NCBI GenBank assembly: GCA_951406725.2
Contig: OX597829.1
Span: 1 to 64,000 of the forward strand
Reading direction: 5' to 3'
Length of the DNA stretch: 64,000 nt
Origin: Octopus vulgaris
Lineage: Eukaryota
Shown: positions 29,974 to 45,000 of the stretch, in pieces
Position numbering within the stretch: position 1 is the stretch's first letter
Layout of the letters: each line of letters begins with the position of its first letter
The notes under the pieces: generated by a model
What the model was told of the DNA's origin: nothing
What the model saw: only the letters and a program-made list of their open reading frames with translations
Database searches by the model: none
Made by a program: the position numbers and the translations under genes

Positions 29974-32742
29974 TTTCTGAATGTCTTGCAGTTTCAATTG
30001 TGGATCTTTACATTCTAAGTTCAAATCTTGCCAAGGTCAATTTTGTCTTTCATATCTCTTGGGTTGATGAAATAACAGTCAAGTGTTGAGTTTGATGAAA
30101 TTGGTTGATCTTATTGACCATTTATGTGTCTATGTTTGATAAAATAAAACACCCCTCAAGTACTGGGACCAATGAATTCAGCTAATCCCACTTTTATAAC
30201 TGCTGGTCGTGTGTCTAAATTGGAAACTATTATTATTTTGGAATTAACAATAAGCACATCACAATATTCTGAACCTTTAGATTTCCATGTATCATATTCT
30301 AGGCAATAATGTCTGCCAACTGAATCTCCACTGCCCCTACTGCTAACCATTTAAGTAGTTTGAATCTCCTTATATTACACAACACAATCTGCCTATACAT
30401 TTCTTTTCTACCCTTTTTTTTATTTAAAAATCCTTTTTTCCATTCTGAAGAAAATATTGCATGTGAAAAAATGTCATAACTAAAACAGCTCCCTAAGTTA
30501 AACATTGAACTCCCAGAGTAAGTTGCATTATTCAAATATATATTTTGCATGCCAGCAAGATCTGTCTTATCAATTTACATATGTTGTGCTCTAACTTTTC
30601 TTCTCAATTGTTCTTATATTATCTACAGATGTATTTATATTTCTCTTCAGAACAATGCACGAATGATACAAATTCTCTTAATTTCTCTTCTACTGTAAAT
30701 CAAATTTGACAAATTTGCTGCAGTGAAAAATACGCTTAATTCAATGATATCAATTGACGATGAAGATGATAATGATGATGATTTAGGCACAAGACCCTCA
30801 ATTTTGGGGGAAAGAGATATTTGTTCATACTATCAAGTACTGGTACTTTATTTTATCAAGCCCGAAAGGATGAAGGTCAAACAGTTGAACTCAGAAAAAA
30901 AATAATTCTGGTGCCCTGGTGGCAGTTACTGTAAGGGAGATAATCACATCCGCTAAATAATAGCTGTGTTAGAAATTTGTGATTTAAGAAGCTGCATTAA
31001 GATGTACATATTTGATATTTTTTCCTATTCATTACAAACACATATTTTTTATTCACACTATTATTATAAGGTGGCGAACTGGCTAAATTATTACAACATT
31101 GGACAAAATGACTGGTGGCACAAAATGATTGGTGGCATTTCCTTTGTCTTTATGTCTGGAGTTAAAATGTTTTTGTCCTTTTAGGGTCTATAAAATAAGT
31201 ACCAGTTGGACACTGAGGGTCAATCTAATTGACTTAATCCCTGCCCCCAAAACTGTTGGCTTTGTGCCAAAATTTGAAATAATAATAATAACAAGAATAG
31301 TAATTATTATTAAGGTGTTTGGCACGTAAAAAGCACCCACTACACTCTCAGAGTGGTTGGCTTTAGGAAGGGCATCCAGCTGAAGAAACTCTGCCAGATC
31401 AAGATTGGAGCCTGGTGCAGCCATCTGGTTCACTAGCCCTCAGTCAAATCATCCAACCCATGCTAGTATGGAAAGCGGTCGTTAAACGATGATGATGATG
31501 ATGTGGTGAACAGGCAGAATTGTTCGCATGCTGAGCAAAGCGCTTCACAATATTTTGTCCTCTGTTCAAATTCTGTCATGGTCAACCTTACCTGTCATCC
31601 ATTTGAGTTCAGTTATATAAATACCAGTTGAAAACAAGTGACTTCTTTCCCCACCTAAAATTGCTGGCCTTGTGCCAAAATTCGAAAACATTGTTGCTAT
31701 TCTCGATATGGTCAGAAAGATTAGTGGAGCATTAGTCAATTAATGCCCTTTATGGCAATCATTTAGCCATTCTTATATAAACAGACATGGCTACTGCTAG
31801 CTTTTGTCTTTGAGCCATCCAATCAAATTCTGGAAGTTCCAAATAATTAAATGTACCTTCCTTAATTCTGGCCTTTATCATTACCAATATTTTAATTATT
31901 GAAAATGTACCAAGGTTAGCTTTGCCTCTCATTCTTTCGAGGTCAATCATAAGTATCAATTGAGCATGGGGTTGGTACAATTGGCTAGCTTTTTCCTTCA
32001 ATATTTCAGGCCTTGTACCTATAGTAGAACGGATGATTATTATTATTATAATTATTTATTGCAAGTTTACTGGAAGCAATGATGGTGTTTGAAAGAATTC
32101 TTTTGTCCAAGCAAAACTTTTATTTCCCTACATACTCTTGGTGGTGTGTGTGGGAGTGGGTTGTTAACATAGCATACCAGTCATGTTCTGTGGGAAGGAA
32201 ATATCTATTAACAAACCCTTCTGACAAAAATTTTGCTGCTGCACTTATGTAATAGAATAATAATAATAATAATAATAATGATTAATGCTATTACAGTAAT
32301 GTAACCAGTATAGAAGCTATCAGGAGATTATTAACAGTAGAGGTTTAACATTATTTAGTTTTGTCTGGCTTATGGATTTCTGTTGAAATCCTCTTAGTTT
32401 TTTTGTTCTTTTTTTTTTTGTATTGGCTACTACATTTGATGATAATGATGATGGTCTTAATGATCAATGTCATCATCATCATCAGCAGCATGGACATTAT
32501 CAGTAGAATCAGTATGATTATCACCATTGTTGTCATCTCATCATCGTCCTCATCACCATCATTTTCCTCATCGTCTTCATCATCGTCTTTGTCATCATCA
32601 TCATCATCATCATCATCATTATGTGTGCTGAGTATTTATTATTTTAAATATTTTTGGTTGATTAACGAATCTTGCCATATTTGCTAAGTAAGCATCGACA
32701 GCAGTGAAATATACACTTTTATGTTTCCCAGGATTAAATTAC

Positions 32743-32776
<34 letters not shown>

Positions 32777-32937
32777 TTCCCCCAAAATAATGCTCATGGT
32801 GATTGTATGTTACTTTGTGTACAAGTGTGTGTATGTGCATATACATATGCACATGCAAACATTCGTACATACATACATATATACACACACATATATATAT
32901 GCACACACACATATATACATGTCTGTGAGTGTGCGTA

Positions 32938-32982
<45 letters not shown>

Positions 32983-33180
32983 GGTTTGCGTTTATGATAC
33001 TCCTCTGTCATGTCTTGTTGACATGGTTATGTAGATGGATATATTCTGGCAGTCTGGCCATTTTGAATGTTAAAAAGAGGAAGAAACAATGCTGCATTAT
33101 TGAAAATATATGTAAAATAACTTGTAAATTGTGCATGCTTTCTGCATAGTGATAGCTGATAACTTCATGACAACTAGCAA

Positions 33181-33230
<50 letters not shown>

Positions 33231-34075
33231 TGAGATGGTGAGAGCTGTCAGAATTGTTGGCTGAACAAAAATGTTTAGGTATTTCTGGTTTCTAATGCTG
33301 TTGAGGTCGACTTTGTCTTTCATCCTATCAAAAGTCAATGAAATATGTACCAGTTCAGCACTGAAGTCCAGAGTAATCATTTACCTCTCCCTGGCAAAAT
33401 TGCAGGCCTTGTGCCTATAGCAGAAAGCATTATTATTATTATTATTATTATTATTATCATGGTGGCAAACTTGTAGAAACGTTAGCATGCTGGACAGAAT
33501 GCTTTGTGGTATTTCATCCATGCTTTACATTCTGAGTTCAAATTCCGCTGAGGGTGACTTTGCCTTTCATCCTTTTGGGGTTGATAAATTAATTGCCAGT
33601 TGAGTACTGGGTTCAATGTAATTGACTAGGCCCCACCACCAAAATTTTCAGGACTCGTGCCTATAGTAGAGAAAATTATTATTATTATTATTTTCGAGGC
33701 AGTAAACCTGGTAAGATGCATTAGCATGTAGAATGAAATGACCAGTGGCATTTCTTCCATTGTTACAGTCCGCATTGAAATTCTGCCTTTGAGATTGATA
33801 AATCAAGAACCAATTAAGCATTGTGGTTGATATAATTGATTAGCCTCCCTCGTTATGGCCTAGTGTCCATGAGAGAGAGAGATTTATTGTTACTATTGTC
33901 TAAGGTGGTGAGCTAGAAGAACTGTGAGCATGCTGAGCAAAATGCTTAATGAACTTTTGTCCTTTTGGGGTTGATAAAATAAGTTGAAGTTGAGCACTCT
34001 AGGGGTCGATGTAACTGACTGAACTCACACCCTTGAAACTGTTGGCTTTGTACCAAAATTGGAAACAACTATTAT
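29748..34075 (+). mobile_element. Cluster of about 8 decayed SINE family B copies with (ATT)n tails
   Basis: Repeated core ttctgagttcaaattc..tttgcctttcatcc..gataaattaagtaccag at about 29748, 29980, 31070, 31503, 31905, 33235, 33460, 33700 and 33903. Other copies at 15003 and 23770. Confidence 0.75.
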
Positions 34076-34142
34076 TATTATTATTATTATTATTATTATG
34101 AATATCATCTTCACTTCATTAGTTAAAAATTTAACATCTAAA

Positions 34143-34190
<48 letters not shown>

Positions 34191-34495
34191 GTGATGCAGA
34201 TATAGATAGATAGATGATAGATAGATGGTTATATTAATCAACTCAGCAGGATGTTTTAAATTATCTATGTATGCTGATGTGTGTATGTCAATGTGCATGT
34301 ATGTATGTGTTGAGTGCGTGAGTTAGTATGTGTGCAATTCAAATACGTATGCATGGATTGAGTGCAAGACAGCTTACGTGAATATATTTGTATTTCTAAA
34401 TATGTTAGATATATATTAATGGTGATATATAAAAAAAGAAAAGTCGTATATGTATATATTTAAATATGTGTGCATGTGTGTATGCATGTAAGTAT

Positions 34496-34528
<33 letters not shown>

Positions 34529-34595
34529 AAACAATTTCTATATATATAGATATGTATGTACATATAGGTATATATGTGCATATATATGTATAATT

Positions 34596-34636
<41 letters not shown>

Positions 34637-36224
34637 GTGTATATATATACATATATGAGCATATATGTCAATATATACATTGAAATTTATGTATATGTAT
34701 GACGTGTAAATATACATGTATCTCCTATATGTGATATATATGTGTATTTACATAGATAATTTATATATTATACATGGCTATTTTATATATAATATATAAT
34801 TTGAATATATATACAAAATAAATAGATATATGTGTATGTGTATATATATGTGTACATATATAACATATATATATGCATGCATGTATATTATGTTTATATA
34901 TATATGTATATATACATATGTATGTGTATATATGTATGTATATATATATATGTATACATATATATAATTTAAATACACGTGTGTGCTCCAGACAATCATA
35001 CAATTATATATATATTTTTTTCTCTTGTTTTCTGAATTTGTGTGTATGTTAAAATATTTTCATTTTGGAAAAAAAAAAATCAAGTATATTAATAAACATT
35101 TTAAAATATATCCAAATAAAATGTTTACTTTTTTGTTTCTTTATATTCCATATAATAATAATAATTATAAACAAATAGTGTCCATCCAACACGACAATCA
35201 ACATTCGCCTATGATACTAAGTGTGGTAAATGAGTGCAAATGAAAATCATGCATACATATATATATACATATATATATATATGCATATATGTATATATAT
35301 ATACATATGCGTGATTCAAGGAGCTCTATATACATACATATATTTGTGTGTTTGCATACGTGTGAATGTACACGCGTGTGCATGTGCGTGCATTCGAATA
35401 ACTTCTATATACATGCATGCACAAGTGCATGAAGCATGTACCTATACAGTATATACACATGTATACTTATATGTATGCATATTTGCATACAATACATATA
35501 TGTGTGTCTTTTTGTGCTTGTAGGTATATATATATATATGTGTAGGTATATATGTATATGCATATATTTATGTATATACATATATTTATATATGTATGTA
35601 TATATATATATATATTTATATATGTATATATATATATATATTTATACATGCATGTATATGTATATATATGTATGTATATATATATATATAAATATGTATA
35701 TATATATATACATTTATATATATGTATGTGTGTATGTATATATGTGTGTATGTATACATATATATGTATATACATAAGTATATATATATGTGTGTGTATG
35801 TACATATGTATATATATATATGTATACGCATGTATATATATGTATGTACACACATATATATATATAGTTCCGTTTATTATTTATGTTTTTTTGGCATGCT
35901 TTTTAGAAGTATATATGTTACTGAGGTGTTGTTTTTTAGCTGGATGTCTTTCCCGTAGTCACCTCCTCCTTGTTCCTGAAGCAAGGATATCTTTATTCAA
36001 TATGTCATCGTAAACACTAAGCGAGCTGATGACTTATGGACTTTCGAAATGACAATGTCCTTATTTTGAGGTCAGCAACAGTCTGTGAAGCGACATTGTA
36101 TCCAGCCCACCAACACAAACGTGCTCATGAGAGCACAACATATACGCTCTCTCGTATACACTTGCACACAAACACACTCTTCGGTTTCAGTGCAGTAGAT
36201 ATCCTCACAAGCTTTCGGTCGGCC

Positions 36225-36410
36225 CGAATCTTTGGGAAACATTTTTTCACGCTCAGAGTTGCTGAAGCATGGAATAAACTGCCTGCGTCAGTTGTTGACT
36301 GCCATGACACTGCATCCTTTAAGGCCCTCATGCTTTCCGAAATCCGCCGAAACTACACCTGATTATATATACACTTTAGATGAGTTGTAGTGCACCTGAG
36401 CACTGTACAC
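36225..36410 (+). mobile_element. CR1-clade LINE extreme 3' end
   Basis: KHFFTLRVAEAWNKLPASVV..TASFK, stop, short UTR, then (ATT)n that hosts the Dong insertion. Confidence 0.75.
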
Positions 36411-36440
<30 letters not shown>

Positions 36441-36441
<1 letters not shown>

Positions 36442-38470
36442 TTTCTTCTTTCAAATTTGCTTCCATTTCTTGCCGAGTGTCTTCCCGACTCCTAGGGTAA
36501 AGAAACTCATAGTATACATTGGTAGGTCATTAAACCAAACTCAGTAGTTCGTTCATTTTTTTTTTTTTTTTAAGTTAAATTAAAATACATGAGTAGCAAC
36601 AGTTCTCACATCGACAATGCTCTTCTCAATACGTGTGATGTACCAGTTAAGACAATCTTTTGCACTTCTTGCAGGGATGGTAAGCCAGGGATCATTCTCA
36701 TATAATTTTTGGTTCCCTTCTTGATCATTCCTAGTGCTCCTACGATCACTGGTATTGTAACCGCCTTGAGATGCCACATTTTCTCAATTTCAATGAGTAG
36801 GTCTTTATATTTTCTGAGCTTGTCAAACTCTTTCGCTGAGATATTATGATCACAGGGGATGCTCATGTCGATCAATAAGCAAACTTTATTGTTTTGGTCT
36901 TTCACAACAATATCTGGTTTATTGGCCTTGATGGTTCGGTCTGTATGTACTGGAAGGTCCCACAGAATGGTTACATTTTCTCCTTCAGTTACAGCCTCAG
37001 GGTGGTGATTATACCACTTGTCGGCAGTTTTGATATTGTAATGCCGACTTATTAGCCAGTGGAGATATTGGCCAACTCTGTCATGTCTTAATTTATACTC
37101 CACTGGTGCTAAGACTTTACATCCAGAGATTAGGTGGTCCACTGTTTCAATCATGTCGTTGCAGAATCGGCATTTTGGGTCTGCTCCATTTTTCATCACA
37201 TTGGCCTGGTAGTTCCGGGTTAATAGGCTTTGATCTTGAGCAGCCAGGATGAAACCTTCGCTCTCTGCTTTTAGCCCTGAGCTCCGTAGCCACTGATGGG
37301 TTTGCTTCTGGTCAACATCAGCTTGTTTGCTGCGGGTCACATATTTGCCGTGCAGAGGTTTCTCCTCCCACCTATCAGCCAATTGCTCGTGCGCTTTTTT
37401 CATTGCCATCATTTTCACCTTCTTTGCAACAATAGTTGCCGTACTTCCCTCGGGTTGTTCAGTTTGGGTATCCTGCACGAGATCAATAGCAAATTTTTTG
37501 CTTTCCTTTATTATAGAATGAAGCTTCTTTCGTCTCTCGTGATTTTCCACGAGCTTTAGCATCCAGTCATTCGATATTTCGAGATATTTGGCCAGTCCAA
37601 TTGTGGTTGTTTTGTAAGCTAGTTCAAATTGGATCAGGCCTCGACCTCCTTGGGCTCTGGGAAGGTAAAGGCGATCTACGTCTGCCTTTGGGTGGTGCAT
37701 CCTATTACAACTCAGCAGCTTGCGTATTTTCCTATCTATATTCTTTACTTCTCTCATATTCCAGTTCAACACATTGTAGCTATAAGTAACAACTGGAACT
37801 GCTAAGGAATTTATAGCTAACACCTTGTTACGTGCATTTAGTTCAGATTTCAGGACTGCACGAACTCTCCTATAACATTCCTTCCTGATTTTCTCTTTCA
37901 TGCTTGCATGCTGAATACCAGAGCCTTCATTTATCCCTAAATATTTGTATGTTTGTTCTTGCTCAAGCTCTCTTATGACTGTGTCAACATCTAACACGAC
38001 TGAATTTGTGGTCTTCACTTTCCATTTCTGGAAAGTGGCCTTGGCACACTTCTCAAGTCCAAACACCATCCCGATGTCATCGCTGAATGCTTTCACGGTG
38101 CGCAATAGGCCTTGAAGTTCATTATTGTTTTTACCATAAAGTTTTAAGTCATCCATATAAAATAGATGGCTTATTTTTTTATTGGCAATTTTATACCCAT
38201 ACCCTGTTCTGTTTAATTCACTTGTAAGGGGTATTAGGGCTATGCAGAATATTAAAGATGAAAGTGAGTCACCTTGAAAAATTCCACAGTTGATGTTTAT
38301 ATTTTCTGAGGCAAGTAATCCATTAGAGTGGTATAATTGGAGATTCGTATTCCACAACGACATATTGTGCTTCAGGAAGTTTGAAATCACAGGGGAAATT
38401 TTGAAGATGTCCAGCGATCTCAAGATCCATGGATGCGGTATACTGTCGAAGGCCTTTTTATAGTCAATCC
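36441..38470 (-). mobile_element. R4/Dong-clade non-LTR retrotransposon (RT + CCHC + RLE), 5'-truncated, inserted in (TAA)n
   Basis: Uninterrupted ORF with IDYKKAFDS, GIFQGDSLS, YMDD, CRFC..ETVDHLISGC, RHD and PDIVV..IDMSIP..K..KY. Short 3' UTR. Pure (TTA)n on both flanks (36411-36440, 38471-38530). Confidence 0.92.
36606..38470 (-). CDS. Reverse transcriptase / restriction-like endonuclease ORF (N-terminally truncated) of the Dong-like element
   Basis: About 620 codons without a stop. The MFYIIII leader in the ORF track is read-through of flanking (TAA)n and is not part of the element. Confidence 0.85.
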
Positions 38471-38534
<64 letters not shown>

Positions 38535-39084
38535 AAACACACTGAAGCAAGCTGCTGTGACTAAAGTTGAATACGAAACAACGCTGAATCGAACTTCTTA
38601 GCCAGAACTTCAGTTGGTTATGCAGCGCCCTTGAGCACCTGCACATCAAACGCTTGGCCAAATAACACCTTGTAAAGGCATTTGATAGATGGAACTGGTA
38701 ATGAACCTGGCATGTATGTATTTGTACAAAGAATGGAATTCGCAATATTTCTAATTGTTTCATCACAATGTGGAAAATAAATAAATATTAATATTGCATT
38801 CATAATTTAGTAACCAAGCTTAGTCTAAAAATAGTTATATATATATATATTATATTATATTATATTATATTATATTATATTATATTATGTTTTATTATAT
38901 ATACATGTATATATATAACATGTTGAAAGTGCCGGTTCTCATCTGATAATCGAAGCCTAGTGAGTACTTAGACGGCTGGCTGCTTGGGAAACTTTGGTGC
39001 TGTAAGCATTTCACACTTTTCAATTGCGGTGTCGCAGCCTCAAGTTGATGTATATAAAAGAATAAAAGAATTATATATGTTATG

Positions 39085-39131
<47 letters not shown>

Positions 39132-39329
39132 TTTACATATTGTATACGTATATATTATATTATACTATATTATATTATATATATATATATCATATATTAT
39201 ATATTACATGCATATGTTATATATTAAACATATGTGTTACATATATATAATATGTATCATATTGTATATATCTATATTATATATGTACGTATTTATTATA
39301 CGTAGATATATATATATATATGCATATAT

Positions 39330-39700
39330 ACTCTTTTACATGTTTCAGTCATTTGAATGTGGCCATGCTGGAGCACCGCTTTTAGTTGAACAAATCGACC
39401 CCAGGACTTATTCTATCGATGTCTTTCGCCGAACTGCTAAGTTACGGGGACGTAAACACACCAGTATCGGTTGTCAAGCCATGTTGGGGGTTCAAGCACA
39501 GACGCAAAAACATATACATACGCATACATATATACACGACGAGCTTCCTACGGTTTCCGTCTACCGAATCCACTCACGAGGCTTTGGTCGGACCGAGGCT
39601 ATAGAAGACACTTGCCCAAGGTGCCACGCAGTCGGACTGAACCCGGAACCATGTGATTGGTTGGCAAGCTACTTACCACACAGCCACTCCTGTGCCTATA
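39330..39700 (-). mobile_element. SINE family A
   Basis: Reverse complement of the 2352-2750 sequence. Confidence 0.85.
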
Positions 39701-39735
39701 TACATATATCAATCATATGTATGTGTGTGTGTATC

Positions 39736-39772
<37 letters not shown>

Positions 39773-39793
39773 ACATATATATATATATCATAT

Positions 39794-39893
<100 letters not shown>

Positions 39894-39932
39894 TATATAT
39901 ATATATCACATATATATATCATATATATATAT

Positions 39933-39985
<53 letters not shown>

Positions 39986-40179
39986 TATATATATCATATA
40001 TATATATATCATATGCATATATATATATATATATATCATATGCATATATATATATCATATGCATATATATATATATATATATATATATGTATCATATATA
40101 TGACACACACATACACACACACACGTGTATATATATATATATATATATATACATATCGTATATATATATATCAGATATG

Positions 40180-40216
<37 letters not shown>

Positions 40217-41255
40217 ATGTATATCACTACCGGTGCTGCAGCATGGCCATAGCCTTAGGGCTGAAACGTATAGAAGAATATAGAATGGGCAAATGTTTTG
40301 ATCTTTTACTTGTTTCAGTAATTAGACTGCGGACATGCTGGGGTATCGTCTTGGGGAATCCTTCTTCTTAGTCAAATGAATCTATCCTAATATTTTTTTC
40401 TTTCTAAGCTTGGTACATATTCTGTCGGTGTTTCACGCCGAACCGCTAAGATGCGGTTGTGTGACAAGATCATACACAAAGACTGGTAGGCACACACAAA
40501 CACGCACATATACACGACGGGCTTCTTTCAGTTTCCATCTACGAAATCCACTCACCATTGACTGGTCGGCCCGAGGGTGATACTTGCCCACGGTACCACA
40601 CAGTGGGACTGAACATTGAACAATGTGCTTGGTTAGCAAATGTCTTGCTAAACAGCCCTTCCTGCCTCTACATATATGTATATGTCATTGCATGGAGGGA
40701 GCGGTGATGATGATGATGACATTCTTTGCTGACGTTATGACTGTTCTCAATACGTTTTCAAAGATGTGAGGAATATAAAAATTCCATGCCTAAATTTTCA
40801 GATTTGTTTTCCATGGTTGCATGGCTGAGACTGGAAATTTATTTTGAGGTAGGTTTTAATGCTCTTCCTGCACACACACACACACACACACGCACACACA
40901 CACACACACACGCGCACACGCACACAGCTAGATCGGCCGCTAGATAGATATTTTATATATATATAAATATATATATATATATTGAATATATATATACACC
41001 TGTATACATATATATATATACATACATATATAGTGCATATATATGTATATAAGTACAACCATTCTCTTTCTCTTTCTTTCTCTCTCTCTCCCTCTCCCAC
41101 ACACATACACACATATCTAATGCATTTGTACACGTAATTATGTATATATTTTTCTGAATATATAATATATATATATATAATAATCATTTGAGGGAATATT
41201 ATTCCTAACTTACAGGGAAAAATTCAATTTAGAAATACTAAATCAAATTTCACAA

Positions 41256-41327
<72 letters not shown>

Positions 41328-43794
41328 TAGAAAAAAAACACCTTTTATCAATTCAAAATGTAATTATATGTAATTTTCTAGATGGTGTAATTTAATTGTT
41401 CATTTTGAATTGATAAAACGTGGTTTTTCAAAAATTTATATATATATATATTATAAATTCTTATATACAGAAATATATATGAATATTTATGTGTATGTGT
41501 ACATACCTTGACCGTAGGCAGCGATGGGTGTACCGTATGTTTATGATTATTATTTGCAGTGCACTTGTCAGTCATGATTCCAAAATTTTGAGAGTTTCTC
41601 TGTTTACTCAAGTTAAAGTTGGTCAACTTTATCTTCCACTAATAAAGATAAGAGAACTGTGAGTGTCAGAGGCATTATTAATAGGAAATACCGATCTTTA
41701 TCGATCCAAGATAAAACGGACCTGTTCATGGGAATGTAGAACGTAGATAGGTATATAATTAGTATATTAGAAGTGTACGGATGAATGAATGTTTACGCGA
41801 ACACGGCCCTACAAAACAGTTAATCCGTCAAAGGGCTGGGACTAAGAATATCGGATAATCGGTGATGTACCCGAATATATTATATATTGTGTGTGTGTGT
41901 GTGTCTACAGGTGTTGCTAAGTTTTTGGCCAATACTGGCCCGGGCCATTTCTAACTTCAATAATGTCATTTGGTAAATTTGTTTTCGCGATGATTAGGTC
42001 ATACTCTACTATATCTGGGTATTGTTGTTGACCAAAAAATGTTTCCGTGTTTAGATGCTTTGTCTGATATTCTACGCAGGAAATATGTTCAGGTTTTGGG
42101 TTTTTTCCCTGTTCTTTATTTATTTCGAGAGAATGTTAGCTATACCCTGGTATTCAGAGTCAAACTAGCTGTGTCGTGATGTGTTGATACGTTGTGAATC
42201 AGATTTGTGTGAAGGGCGTATGTCACAAGCTTCTAGTCTTAGGTGGGTTTTAAAAGTCAATGTTAAAATCATTTTTATTAATATTGTGGTGCAACGTTGG
42301 GTTTAAGAGATTCTGAGTTTGGAAGTGGCCTTGATAATCAGGGTCTCCTATACTAGATTTGTTTTGTTGCAGTTCATTTCTTGTGTGTCTCAGTTCTAAA
42401 AATTTCCTGTTTTTACTTTGATTGGGTGACCATAGAATGCCATGTATTCCATGTATAACCGAAAAAAGGAAGAAATATAAAAGAAAATGACAACTGGCTC
42501 TCGAAATTGGAAAGTTAAATGGATATGGACGGTCATCCTGCAAGCGATATCAATTTTGTTGTTGTTGTTGTGGATATTCCAAGTCCGACTGTTATCAACA
42601 ATTATTAGTATTGTTTATTGTTTGATACCATCAGCGATTCTTTGATGGCCCAAAAGGCACACGGGTATATACGACACGCATCAATTTCAGCAGCGCATTT
42701 TAAATCAGAACAGAAAAAAGAGTTTTTATTGCATTAAAAGCACAACATATGAACAAATTCGTAGTTAGAAATCCGGGGTGAATAGTTTTAGTCATTCGTT
42801 TTCTTTCTTAGTTAAAAAGAATGAAAGAAAGAAAAAAGAAAGAAGGGAAGAAAACGTGTCTTGTATGCAATCAAATCGACGCAGTATCGATCCAATTTTC
42901 CAGCAAGCTTGGGACTGAGAGTGACCCAGACCGCTGAATTTTAAGGTTTTCTGGAGACAACCTAAATATTTACTTAAATTATAAGATAAACCATGAGAAA
43001 TAAAGAGCTGAATTATATTTAACAGATTCTACTTAATACTCCCTTAACGCAGAGTGTTTGGTATTTATTGATCCACTTGAAATACAAAAAAATATCGCAT
43101 TCTGTATCCAATACTAAATATAATGTTTATAAGATTGAAATTGAATAAAGAAAATTGAAGAACATAGGTTCAAAAGATAGTGGTACAAATTTTATTAATT
43201 CGCATAAAAAACAGCCAAGAAGAAAACCATTTTAACGACATCTTACACAAATTGACCAACAAACTGGCCCGTGGAATTCAAAACTAGTCGGTTTCAAAAA
43301 TAACCACTTTTTTTTTGTCGTTGGTAATCCAGGATTCCGGATTTCCAGAAGCTGGACAAGAGGTCCTGATTTTATATGATTGGCTAAGCACATCTTATCC
43401 AAAGTGAATGAATTGAAATTGTTCCTAAGTTTGTCAGCCGTTTTTCAGTATTTAGAATCGGACCAGAGTTATATTCAATTGTCCTTTTCGCTGATACCTT
43501 TCTGGAGTTTAGAGTTATACGAATGATCGATGACATTTATGTATACATACTATGAAAAGCAGTGCCCCCACCACCACCACCACCACCACATAACACATTT
43601 CTTTTCAAGTCAACAGTGGGCAACTTTCATCGATCAAAACATGTAAATAAGGTTTCTGCTTAAAACTGAGATGCTTAATCTGGAGCAGCAGCTTTCCGGA
43701 GACACCCCAGATTAGTTTTCATAACAGAAATTTATTTTGAGGTAGGTTTTAATGCTCTTTCTGCACGCACACAGCTAGATTGACCGCTAGATGG

Positions 43795-43839
<45 letters not shown>

Positions 43840-43844
<5 letters not shown>

Positions 43845-44040
43845 CTTCTTTCAGTCATTTAACTGCGGCCATGCTGGAGCACCGCCTTTAGTCGAGCAAA
43901 TCGACCCCAGTACTTATTCTTTGTAAGCCTAGTACTTATTCTATCGGTCTCTTTTTTGCCGAACCGCTAAGTGACGGGGACGTAAACACACCAGCATCGG
44001 TTGTCAAGCAATGCTAGGGGACAAACATAGACACACAAAC

Positions 44041-44073
<33 letters not shown>

Positions 44074-44147
44074 TACGACAGGCTTCTTTCAGTTTCCGTC
44101 TACCAAATCCACTCACAAGGCATTGGTCGGCCCGGGGCTATAGCAGA

Positions 44148-44150
<3 letters not shown>
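43840..44150 (-). mobile_element. SINE family A, 5'-truncated
   Basis: Reverse complement of the family A body and tail. Confidence 0.85.
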
Positions 44151-44184
<34 letters not shown>

Positions 44185-44950
44185 AATACATATATATATA
44201 CATACATATATATGTGTGTGTATATATATATATATAGATACATATATATTATATAGGGTCGACAAAAGCCTTGTGAGTGGAAACTGAATGAAGCCCATCG
44301 TATATATATAATATATATATATATGTGTGTGTGTATAGCTTATTTGGGTGTTTGTTTTTGTCCCTCCACCATTACTTGACAACCACTGTTGTGTTTATGT
44401 CCCCGCAACATAGCGGTTCGGGGAAAAAACCGATAGAATAAGTACTAGACTTACAAAGAATAAATCCTAGGCCTTCCTGGTCTCAAGATGCATGTCATCA
44501 GTGTTTGAACTTGCTCATGTGGCTGTCAGGTTGTGAGCCAAGATGATGGAGTAATGATAGGGTTTCTGACCGCAACGAAGACACAATAGGTGAGAATTTC
44601 AGAAATAGTAGCTCTTCAGAAATATGCATTATTGCCCACAAGTGGCTAAACATAGAGGGGGACAACCAAGGACAGACAAAGGGATTAAGTCGATTACATC
44701 GACACCAGTGCGTAACTGGTACTTATTTAATCGACCCCGAAAGGATGAAAGGCAAAGTCGAACTCGGCGGAGGCTTCCTTAACCAAACGATCCTTTCGAA
44801 TAGAGATATATAAGCATGCATACATACAAATATACGTACATGCATACATGTCTATGCGTGAATAATCTATAATGACAACAAGTATATACTATAATGTCAG
44901 TGATGTATATATATATATATTTATATCTACATGTGTGTGTGCATGTATAC

Positions 44951-45000
<50 letters not shown>

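Noticed and set aside
42250-42543. 97-aa minus-strand ORF
   Set aside because: No recognisable motif or splice support.
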